A stretch of DNA of 64,000 nt from Geosiphon pyriformis uo1 (taxonomy: Eukaryota > Fungi > Glomeromycota). Made by a program: the position numbers and the translations under genes. Every line of letters starts with the position of its first letter. Position 1 is the first letter of the stretch. The DNA lies in contig JAAOMT010000295.1 of assembly GCA_016748015.1 (NCBI GenBank), positions 124,001 to 188,000 of the forward strand. The letters run 5' to 3'. Shown here piece after piece: positions 11,539-23,800 of the stretch. Under the pieces are notes generated by a model. The model searched no databases. It saw only the letters and a program-made list of their open reading frames with translations, and had not been told where the DNA came from.

Positions 11539-12777
11539 TAGCACAATTGCATTTAGTATATCACATTCAAGAGCCGAATGTCCAAAATGCCCACACTTTT
11601 TACAACAAACCAAATCCATTCTGGCCCAAGAAAGTTTCACCCCATTAAAGATAGGCTCCATGTGAAAAGCAAATTCTAAATCATTATCAGAGGCAAAACC
11701 AACTACCATACAGTAAATCTTATTACCAGTTTCCAAGGATCTGTTTATAATGCATGTTTTCCCACCAGCTCTTTCCAAAAGATTGCCCAAATCATGAGCA
11801 GTTGTTCTCACAGGTAGAGTAAACAGAAGTGCTCTGAACCAATCCTTAGATGCCCAAGTCTCATGATCCCCCACTGCTTTGGCTACACGTACAGAGTCTT
11901 TACCAGAAAAAACCACTTTAAGACCAATGAATCAGCTTGGTTCATTTTAGCAAACTTCACTAGTCTTTTGTTACAATCTAATTAATTGAATTTTGATCGA
12001 CTTAATTTCCCCAAATTCAGATACTGCAGTGACAATCATATTTTTAGATGTATTCATAAGAATTTCCTTGATTATTACAGCCTGATCTGACCTTATTTCT
12101 TGTTTCTTAAGATCGCTGTTTATGATGATTTCTTTTTCTCTGATCAATGATGCAGTCTTAATCATGCTCACCTCAGAAGTAAACGTAGATCAAATAATCC
12201 CCTCAAATTTTGAGGGGGTAGTGGCCCCCCCAAAACTATTAACTAATGAAAAAATTTTTCTAATTAATTGGGTTTTTGCCATCATTGATTTTTCTTCCAC
12301 AGTACTAAGATTGATATTAAGAGTGAAGGATTTTTTGGCAAACACTTCAACCTGAGTCTTAATAATTTTTGGGTCAATTTATTTCTTTTTCAGAGAGATT
12401 GGAAGGTGAAAAGAAAGAGAGATATCTTCATCATCATCTATAACAAAATTAGGAAAACCAAAAGGGGAACTGAAAATGGCACTAGTATTAACATGCTTGG
12501 CTTTAGGAGTGTTGACAGCTGAATTCAAAAGAGACCTAACATTAATGCCAGTCATGTTAGCACCTTTTTCATCAAACACACTATCCACATTAGAGAACAC
12601 ATTGTCACTAAGCTCAGACTTGTTCAGAGAGATATTTTTTTTGTCACCTAAGTGTTTGACATTCCCAAACACAACTTTCTTTTTCTGGGAGAAAGAGCTA
12701 CCAACAAGACCATGAAAAGCACTCTTTGGTGTCTTTTTTTTAGACATATTTTTACCAAAAACAGCTTCCAGGTCCAT
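11539..12777 (-). pseudogene. LINE ORF1 5' part (RRM-like region + CCHC knuckle)
   Basis: FGEIKSIKIQL, LLFTLPV..TAHDL, CKKCGHFGHSALEC. Interrupted by A1. Confidence 0.8.
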
Positions 12778-15700
12778 GAAAAATGGGTTATTAGAAAGAA
12801 AAATTGTGAAATACTAACAAAAAAAAAAAAATAAATAAAAACTTCTTTTTCAGAAAATATGCTTTTTGAAAATTTGTGGAAGTAAGAGAGAAAGAAGTTT
12901 TTTTATTTCAAATTAATATTTACCAAATTTTTTTTATTGATTATTAATTTTTTAGCTTGATTAAGACTAAATTTGAAGATAAATATCAAATAAATAATTT
13001 CATAAAATTTTAAAGAAATTAAAGATCTTTTAAAATTATCTATTTAATAAAATAACTTTTTAATAAGTTTTAATTTATTATTTAAATTTTTTTCTGAAAT
13101 AATTAATATATTAATATCTAATGCAAAAGATTTTACTAGTTTAAAAACTTTTTTTTTTAACTAATAAAAAAATTTATATATGTATATTTACAAAAATTGG
13201 AGAAAAAAATTTAATATATTGTTATTATTTTTATTATTAATAACAAAAAAGTATAATAATTTTAATATATTATAAGTCATAATATGAGTTTAATATAGTA
13301 TTGTATCATTTATATTTTTGTTATTTTTTATATTATTTAAGTTTATATATTAAGTTTTTTTAATTAATAAGTTGTTTAAATCATTAATATTTAAAGTTTT
13401 ACTAATACTATTTATCTTATTATCTATTTTGCTTCTTTATAATTTGTATAAATTATAACTTAAAATGTCCAAAATATTTAAAACTATAAAATTAGTAAAT
13501 ATTTCAACTATAATAACAAAAATACTAAGCTTTTTTGCTTTTTTACTAGTACTTCTATATATAAATATAACTGATTTTTTTTGACTTTAAAACAGAATTC
13601 TATACCAGTATTTTTTTGTTTAAAGCTTTAGCAAAAAAACTGTTAGTTTTATAATTTCAAAAGAATTAATATTAGTAAAAATATTTATAAAAAAAAAAGA
13701 TAAAAAGATAGCAAAACAAAATATTCAGTATAATTTTTTATTTTTATTGTAATAAAAAAATCTAAAAAAATAATAATTTTCTATTAAATAAACAAAAATT
13801 TTAAAATATTGTGTAATTTAATAATTATTAGTTACTTAAATTTTTAATTATTAAAATTATTAAAATTAATTAAACGAAATTCAAAATTTTAATAATAGTT
13901 ATTTTAAATTTTTAAATATAAAACTTTATTTTAAAGTAATACATAATTAATTAAGTTAACTTTATTTATATATTTATATAATAATTCATCTGGTTTTTTT
14001 GGTTATTTAAGCAGTATTATTAAAAATTTTAATAATATTATTAATATTGTTTTGTTATTAATTTTATTGTTAATAAAAGTAAATAAATCTTTGATAAACT
14101 AATTTATTTTCAAAGTATTTTTTATATTTTAAATTATTGTTGCTATTAAGTTTATAATAAAATGACCAATTTTATACTAATTACTTTGTAATAAAAGTTA
14201 ATACAAATTTGGAATTATTTAAGTAATTACTAAAATTAATAGCTAATTAATTTCAAAATATTAGTCGTAATTATGAATTTTTAACCAATAATATTTCAAA
14301 AAAAGTTTGGTTTTTCAAAGTAAATTTATTAAATTAATTTGTAGTAACTAATTTGCTTGCTAAAAAAATAATTTTAAATTAAAATAATTCTAATAAAGAT
14401 ATATTTTTTTGAAAAAAAAAGCTTTTTTTTATAAAATTAGTTATAATACTATTTTATAATTTTGTATTTTTTTTGTTAATAAATTAAAAATATATTTTGT
14501 AAACTACAAATTATTTTTACAAACTATTAATTATAGTTATTAAATATTTTATTAAACTTTTAAATATTTTAATGAATTTTTGAATGTTTTATAATTTAAA
14601 ATATTGTATTATCTGATTATTATAATTAATTATATTTGTGTTTTATTCAAATTAAATTATTAATTAAATAATAATATTTAATAATTTGGCAAAATAATAT
14701 ATACTAATTAACAATAAGAATTATAAAGTAATTTTATATTAATTAATAATTTAAATTTTTATTAATAATTAATTTTTTTCTCAAAATTGAACTTTGTTAA
14801 AGTTTAAATACTATTTGTAATTTTCAGATAATAATATAAATTATTAAAATAATTTGGTCTGAAAATTATTAAAATATTAGTTTTATAAACTTTTTAATAT
14901 ATTAAATCTTTAAAAATTGTAAAATTGAGTTTTATAAAACATTTTTGCAAATATAAAATAAGTTATATAGTCTTAAAACTGCTTTAATTTTGTAATAAAT
15001 ATTTGTTAATTTAGCTGTTGTCTTAAATTTGTTGTGTATTTGTTTTTAAATAACTTTTGAGATAAAATTTATTGTATTAAGTTTCAGTTTTCTTTTGTAA
15101 AATATATTTTTTAATATAAAAATATCTATAAATTAAAATGTATTTATAGTTTTATTTATTAAAATACTATTAAAGTTTTTGTTAAAATATGTTATTTAAA
15201 AAATATTAATAAAAATAAACAAAATGTTTTCTTTTAAAACTTGTTTTAAAAATTCTGATAATAAAATTTCAAAATAACTTTTTATGTTTTTTTATAAGAG
15301 TAATAGTTTTATGAATTTATTATTAAAATTATAATAAATTTTGTCTGAGTATAATTAATTTGAAAAATAGTTTCAAAACTAATATTGGTTTTTAGAATAT
15401 TTATTAAATGTTTTAAAAATAGTTATTATTAAAAGTATAAAAAAAATTTTAAAATATAAAAAAGAAAAAAAAAATTATTTTTTAATATGTTATTTTTATA
15501 TATATTTGGTTTAAAGAATTTTGTATTTATTTTTAATTATTTTTAATATTTTTTTAAAGAAATATAAAGAATAAAATATAATGTAAAATAAAATATTAAA
15601 TGTTTAAATTTGAAGATTATTTGATAATAACTATTAGTTTTAAGTTTTAAAAAATATTTTTTGAGTTAATTAGAAGAAATTATATACAAATTTATGAAAT

Positions 15701-16498
15701 TAAAAATTTGGAATTAATTGAATAGTAGTATTTTAGTCTTTTATTATGTGTAATTTTTTTTAAAATTTTTTTATTAAATTTTAACTTATAAGATTTATTT
15801 TCTAAAATTTTATATATATAAAATAATTTATTTATTTATAATTAAATTTTTTACTTTATTATTTTTTAGTTTTAGTTTTATATAAGAGAACTTTATTTCT
15901 ATCTTTAAATTTATTGATGGCAGATAAAAATTTATTATTATGTTATTTTTTTTATTAAGTTTAAAAATATTTAATATAAATAAATATAATTTATTATTTT
16001 TCTTTTAAAATATTAAAAAAAGTATAAGCTTTTTACTAAAATGTTTTTTAGAAGTTTTTCTTTGTAATTGATTGAACTAAATAGGTTTTTATTAAAAAAT
16101 TAATTAATAATATTGCTGTTTTTTCATATATTAGATTAAATAGTATGTGTTTTATTGTATTTTGTTTTAGTATTCTATATATTAATAATATTAATAGAAT
16201 AAAAATATTCTATTTTGCTTAAAATTAGTTGAAATTTTAACTAATAATTTATAAAGTATTTTATGTTTTATAAGTTTATTTGTTTAAGAATAGTAAAATA
16301 AAAATAAAAATTTTTATATTAAATTATTTACAAATTTTTTGTATTAAAATATTTATAAAATATGTTTTTAATTAAACATTTATATTTACAAATAATGTTT
16401 TTATAGATAAAATTTGTTATTAATTTTGTATCTGTTTTTTAAATAACTTTTGTTTTAAACTATTTTGTAAAATAATCTACAATAACTACAATATATTA

Positions 16499-19400
16499 GT
16501 TTTTTTTTTTTTTTTATTACACGTTTTACAAGTGAAGCCCAACTGCTATCTAATACAAAGAACCAAACTAAGTGGAACCAACTAAATACAGCTTATGCAC
16601 AAACTACATATGACCAACCACTTGGACCAGACAAAGCAACACTATATATTTATGACAACAAAAGCATCATCACTTAAACCAGAAAAAAAATAACACAATT
16701 TGTGCCTACCAAATTTAACAGCAAAAGATTCTATAACACCAAGCATATAGATAACACCAGCTGACAATGTAAAAACTACATTGCTGGACAAGCCAGAAAC
16801 CACACCATTATCCTCAACCAAGTCAGTCTTTTTCATCTCCACTTTATGCTTGGTTCTAATAGTCTATATTCGAGTGCACTGCAACTCTATCACAAATCTG
16901 ATGAATTCTACTAGGATCTGAGTAGCTTTCTTTCTTCCCTCAAAAACTGAAATAGCTTTGACATACCAATCTTTCATTACAAAACCCTTGTACACTGCTG
17001 TATAAAGATCCACATCCAAAGAACATGATAAGAGTGAGAGCAAAATAGCAGACAGAAACAAACTTGTAAGACCAAACATTAACATCCATTTTTCAGCAGC
17101 TTCAACCAAAATGTTCCCATGGAGACCAGAGTTACCAAAACAAGCAAAAACATGATCAGAAAACTCTACTTCACCACACAGCAAACACAAAACACCAGAA
17201 TAACTTCCGTTATACAACCTCTTTTTAACTACAACTGGCAGCCACCTATATACAGTCTTCATCAAATATGTGCATAAATTAGCTGACTTCCTACTAGTAA
17301 ATTCAGAAAACATGTGTGAATCAGGATGCCAAACCATTGCAGTAGCATCCCAATCTATTTCCTTAATTATAACATTTAGAACTATACCAAAATCTGGACC
17401 AGTCTTCCAATGGGCACAGCATATTAACTGGTATAAGTCTTAAGCAAAATGACAAACATTGCCAGATATGGCAGTTTTTTCAGCAACTAGAAACCTCTTT
17501 CAAATATTAATTGGCAAAGAAAGAGATAAGGAAGTAGCCTCATTAGCCAGTGCGTCAGCTCTTATATTGCTCAACACATCTGAATGTTCTTTAACTTTCA
17601 TTTACTTAATTGAAATATTTTTGTTTTTAAGAAGATTGACAATTTGCAATTTTTTAATTCAACATTGGTTATAAAAGTCAGGTATAGTCAAAGAAGCCTC
17701 GGAAATGCAAGCATCAATTGCAGATTGACTATCTGAGTATAAAACCACTGAGTAAGAAGATAGAACACACTCCAAAGCCAACACCACAGCTTGCAGTTCA
17801 GCTAAAGTAGAGGACAAAAGTCCAGCAACCTTAACCCCAATGCTCATGTTTGCAGTCAGAAAGTATACAGCTGTTCCATCTACCACCCCAACAGAACCAG
17901 TACATCTTAAAGACCTGTCTATATACATCTCAATACAATCAGATTACACCTCCAGCAGACTATTACAAACTTTAGAAAACCTATCAGAATCCAAAACACT
18001 TAGCACATTCTTCTCAGTAGCAGTAGCAGCTCTGACCCCCAAAGAAATATAATCGTTCATAAAATCAGATGTCAAAAAAAACCAGTAAGACACAGGGCCC
18101 CTTGGGTTCAATTGCTTCCAATGCTGAAATGTTTTCCAGTCTATCACCTTTTTTTTCTTGTTAAGAATTCTGTCACCAAAAGCAACACCAAAACACTTCA
18201 ATAAAAAAACGGATTTGTAATACAAAGACTGACCCAGAATGCCAGACATCGAGAAATTGCCAAATCCATGAAAGACACAAGGTAAATTGTTTGCTAAGGA
18301 TAATTCATTCTCCAAAAAAATCTTCACCACTCCTGCCAAGAAATTGTTAACAGGATTAACATGTAACTTAACAGAAAATTGCAAAGAATTCAAAGGAGAC
18401 CATCCCAGAATTTGCAAATCCAAAAATTTATGATCAAATAAATGTCTAAAAATGCTGTGGCCATTAGAAAATGAAATCAGTGATGCCAGTTTTCTTTCAG
18501 ACTGCACTTACTTAAAAGGCTTCAATCTATATAAAGAAGGGTGGTATAAGACTTTACTGGGAAAGTTATATGGTAAACCAGCTTTAGCCCTAAGACTTTT
18601 TCTAATCATGATATTCCATTTATGACACACATTTAAAGTAATAAAACTAAACTGTACACAATAGCTAACAATGGATTGCAAAACTGCTGAAACCAAATAA
18701 CAGAATTGTTTGTTTATAATAGCTTTTTTTAACACTATATTAGAAAAAAACTTGACATCCTTATGGACTTGAGCCAAACTGGAATTAGAGAAACTCTCAG
18801 TTGACAGAAAGATATCCAAGTATCGGTATGACTCACTCTTTCTAGCAATCAAAATTGGCATTCTATTGATTAATAGCAAAGCATTCTTAACTCTTTAATT
18901 GATAGAAATTGCTACTGTCTTATTGTTATTAATTGAGATGTCATTGATCACAAAAAATTCACTTGCAATATTCAAAATATACTGCATAGATGCCTAACTA
19001 CTTCCAACCCAAATTGTATCATCAACAAAAGCACCTGCAGCCAAAAAAAAGGTTTTTCCTCCACTTGTCTCAATTCTGCCAGACTTTGCTACAAACTTAG
19101 AATTAATTCTATACCCACATAATTGCTTATGCCTTTTCACTTTACACAAAAGTAGATCATAAAATATTCTCCAAAGCAGTGGGGAAAAGACCTCCTCTTG
19201 ATCTAACCTATTATGTATTCTATAACCATCCAAGAACCCAAAATCAGTCATCACCCTGTTGAGCCAGTCCCCATGAATGTTGCCAAAAAATTGGATGAAA
19301 CATTCACTCATTTTAATGTGATGCAAGTTCACTCGCAAATAATGCTAGCCTACCAAATCATAAGCTTTGTGCATATTCTGTAGCACTAACCAAAACTCTC

Positions 19401-21685
19401 TGTTTTTTTTCAGAGCATTCTCAATCACTGAGCCAATAGCAAAAATAGGAGACTGGGTTAAAGTACTTTTCAACACTAAAAAATTGTCACCACAAAGAAC
19501 ATTAAATTTGCTACAAGCCAAAGATATCCGATCAGATAGGATTTTAGATAGTATTTTACACACTGTTTCGACCAATATAATAGGTCTGGTATTTGTCAGA
19601 ATACTATTCCACTCATAAGGTTTCGGAATCATTGAAACCCATGCTTTCTTCCACAGATTAGGAACTATATCTATATTCAAGCACAAATTCAACAATTTCA
19701 AAAGACAGACCAAAATCTCCCCACCACAATGCTTCCAAAGTTTATTCAGTATTCCAGATAATCTGGCTGCTTTATTGTTTGGTAGATTATCAACAACCAG
19801 AGATAATTTCTCCATACCAATATCAACTATTATATCAGAGAAAACATTATCATTTACATAATTCAGAGGCATATATTGCCAAGCCCAGAGGTCAGATATT
19901 TTCAGAAGAACTGATCACTTCCTTGTCTACTCTTCCATAATTTTGTCAACCTTGAGCTTCATCTTATTAGGCTCAACCACTAGTTCATCATTTACTACCA
20001 AGTAATCCAAAACCATCTTGCAAAATGGACGTTTTAGAATGCTCTTTATCATCTTTCCTTTGTTAAAACAGAAGTTTTCTATGCAATAGTCAATTGCCTT
20101 TTTTATAGCAGTATCTTTAGCAATCTTAGACTCATAATACTTGGACTTACAATACTCTTTCTTTATCATTGACAAATGCTTAATCAACTCCATCGAGCTT
20201 ACACTATTCAAAACCATACTATCAACCTTGGAAGCTTCGACTACATTAATAGCCAACCAAATCTTAATAAGGCAGTTGAAATTCAGGAGATCACCAGAAT
20301 TCCAACATTTCACAACCTTTGCAACAAGCAGCTCTAATTTAAAGAATATGGAAGATTGTTTATTCCTCAAACAGTCATACTCACTATACTATATCTTAAA
20401 GCAAACTGTGTCAGCAGTCTGTATTATGGCCTCTTTCAACAATTTTTATATTGTATTTAAGTTATCATTGACTCTTGCCTCTTTAAACATGTTTGATCTA
20501 GCCAAAAACTTGGCAAAAGAGCAATCTTTAAAACTTAACCATTGAACATTATCTACATTCTTTAATTTGAATCTCCACCAGTCTTGGTTGGCTTGTCTGT
20601 AAATGTTAATAAGATGTGTATCCAGCAGTCCACCCAAACCAATTGAAATAGAAACTGACTTATGATTTGTATCAAAAAACTTAAACATATTATCGACAAA
20701 ATGCGATGTTATAGCAGATGCCAAATTTCCATTAACTAGAATAAAATCAATCACTTTCTTAACATCTCTAGAATTGCTCCAAGTGGAAGCCTTGGCCAAT
20801 AAGTGTCTATCAAAAGTATTAAACAGGCCCAAACCCAAACAGAACTTGAAACTCGCACTTTTGCTAGACCCATTTTCATTAAAGTTACTACCCAAAACCA
20901 CAAAAGAGCTAGAATTGACTGCCTTAGAAACCATAGAATTGATATCAGCAGCTTGACCAAACCGTGCTAATAGATATACCAGCATACAAATCCAAGATCA
21001 TAACTAAAAGTTTGTTCTTGAATAAAAAATGCACAGAAATCAAATGACCAGGAATCTCATCTACTTTCAAAACATGTCAAGCCAAAAAATTGTTCATAAT
21101 TATGACAACTCTAGCACCACAAAACCCAACATCCAAACCAGAAGTAAAAACTTAAAGTCTATTAAATTTATTCATGATCCAAGATCTAATATCAGATTTT
21201 AATTTAGTCTCAGTAACAATTGAAATCATATTTCTTGAATCCTTATGCCAACAGACAATGTCTTCCTGTTTAGCTAAATTTGTCATACTCTTAATATTAC
21301 ATGTAGCCACTCTCCAAATGAGCTCACTTATTGATGTAAAGAGTGCATCAAAGAATCTGAATTTATGCACAACAGATCTAATTTCCCCAAGATTGAGCCA
21401 ATAGAAACCTCAAGAGCCATCATCTTGAATTCCAAACTGCCAACTTTGGAGGTAAGAACCTTTGAACTACTCAGACCTAAATCTACCACCTTGTTTTCTA
21501 ACATTGAAGAAGAGAGAAGAAGAGATGGCCATAGAACATTCAGAACCATATCAATATCCGGTGATGCCAATGTAGAAACAGAAGTGGCCAGAGGTACAAC
21601 TTGAGTAATAAGCACCAGAGGCACAAGCTCCATATTATTTAATCTATGCATAATATCTGATACTTGATCAGTTAGCAACTCTATG
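16499..21685 (-). mobile_element. 5'-truncated LINE: ORF1 end plus ORF2 (APE endonuclease, RT, RNase H, C-terminal Cys motif), with poly(A) tail
   Basis: WRVATCN..ETKL, GSNFNE, IDFIL, RPIIL, AFVDDTIW, RNase H (YID..AELQA..SDSQ), CLLC..DHVFAC. Poly(T) at 16500-16515 on +. Confidence 0.93.
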
Positions 21686-21989
21686 TTATAAATGGGATAT
21701 TATGATAAAAAAGAGGCTCAGATTTAAATTCAATCTGCTAAGAAATTTTTCTAATAAAGCTTTATACTATTTATTTCTGTATAATCTGAAATTTTTTAAG
21801 CAAATATAAACAGAAACCAAGATAGCTTTAGTAATTGTATTTTCTAATACTGCTAAAATTTTTGGCCAATTATTTAAGTATTTTGCTTTAGGTTTACAAG
21901 TTTTGAAGTAGATATCTCTGAATTTTTTGTAGTATTTAGTCAAGTTAAAAATCAATTCTATAAACAATTTTCTAGTAAATGTTGTCAAA

Positions 21990-23800
21990 ATTTTTTTAAA
22001 CACCAAAGTCTTTTTGGCCAATAATCTGTTTAGTGTATTTTATAAGCCTGACCATTTTCTAATATTCAAAATATTAAAAAATATCTATTATTTTGATATA
22101 ATATATTTTTTAAGATGTTTTGGTTTTGTCTTTAGAAATTATTTATTAAACAAACATGGTTTGATTATGAATTAAAAAACTTTTTAATATTAGAAAAAAT
22201 TAAGCCCAAGAGATCTAGTGCTATTATAGTTTAGAAAAGTATTGACATATATAAGCAATCTTTTTGTTAAGTCTAATAAAGCTGCTGTCAATCTAGTCTG
22301 TTCAAATTTTTTTAACTCAAATGAGTTCTTGGATGTTCATAAATGTTTGTATAAATTATGGTCTGAAAAGATTAATGTTTACACTGATAATTTATTAAAA
22401 AATTTGAGTACAACAAAAGTGACTAGTAAAACAATGGTTTATTTCTTTGATATTAGAATAGATATAAGTATAAAAGTGCATAAAATGTTGTTTTCAACAT
22501 TATTAGAACTATAGACAATTGCCTTGATCTTGAAGTGTATTCTCTTATCTTGTTTAGTAAATTTGCATACAAATAGCCAAATGGCTATGGATGTGTACAT
22601 ATTAAAACTTGAGCTTTGTCAGTCTGACTTCTAAAACAGATATTAGATAAAAAGACATTATATTGCTAATTTGGTTAAATTAAAAGACATTTTTGTGAAG
22701 TAAATAAAAATAAAAAGCTATTTTAGAAATTTGGACAATAATTAGACAGATGCTTTTGCTTTTATTGTGTAGTCATATTTGGCTTTTTTTATTAGAATTT
22801 ATAAGAGAGTTTTAATAACAAATAGTCAAGTAGTTTCAGACAATGCTTATCATTTTGTTTGCAATATCTATTGAATTATTTGTTGTGCTTAATAAAAAGT
22901 AAATTCTAGTATAGAGATTTTATATAACTTACTTATTCTGTATATTAATTGAAAATATACTGTCTTAGTTTGGTATTTAAACTCTCACATGTTGGCTGAA
23001 TTTACCAATAAAAAGTCAGCTGCTCTATGCATATATTTGATAAAAGCCATTTATAAAAAATTATTGGTTGTTATTTATAAAAAACTTTATAATAAAAATT
23101 ATTTAAGTGTTTTGTGTTTAATATATGATAATGTTAAGTTGCCTAATCATGTTTTTACTTGCTTTAAAGATGCTTTTGTGCACTCTGATATTCTTTTAAA
23201 TTATTTTGAGCTGTGAAAATTTTTGGTAGAAAATTGTTTTATATTATCTTTCTTGATTGAACACTTTTTCTTTAAAAGCTTTGGATATTGGTATTTATAC
23301 AGTTTTGTGCAAAGATTTTGTTTTTAATAAATGAGTAGATAAGATGGTATTAGTTTTTAGTAATAAAAAAAAAGCAAAGTTTGTAATAGTTAATTTCATT
23401 TGTTATTTGACTAATAAATATTATAGTAAGTTATAGTTGTTAAAATTTAAGTTTAGAGCTAATATAAAAAAGAATGGCTTAGTTTATAATATGGAAATAA
23501 CGTTTAATTTGTTGTATAGTTTGTTCAGTTTTTTGTCTGAGAAAGTGGTTTGTTTATTTGATATTATTGAATCTTTTATTGTTAGTTTTAGTTTGCATAT
23601 ATTATGTTTGTTTTTTCTGGTATAAACAATAATGCTGAAGTTTTTATAAGTATATAATATTGTCTTAATTGGCCTAAGTGGTTGGTTACATGTAGAAAAT
23701 ATATAAATTATATTTAGTTTAATTTATTTGTTTATATTTGTATGCTAAGTAGTAATTAGGCTGCACTTGTTAAATAAATAAAATAAATAAAAAATAAATA
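21990..23800 (+). mobile_element. Highly degenerate LINE 3' fragment (RNase H + C-terminus + 3' UTR)
   Basis: INVYTD..STLLEL, CLIY..HVFTC. 3' UTR GGCCTAAGTGGTTGGTTACATG...CACTTG followed by an A-rich tail. Confidence 0.8.

Noticed and set aside
11539-21685. ORF1 5' piece and the 16.5-21.7 kb LINE being one rearranged element
   Set aside because: The pieces are roughly complementary but in the wrong order, and no junction evidence links them.
21767-22021. 84-aa minus-strand ORF as a gene
   Set aside because: Short, with no motif I recognise, and it lies between TE fragments.
23668-23700. tRNA gene or Pol III A-box (TGGCCTAAGTGG)
   Set aside because: No B-box or cloverleaf. It is part of the LINE 3' UTR.
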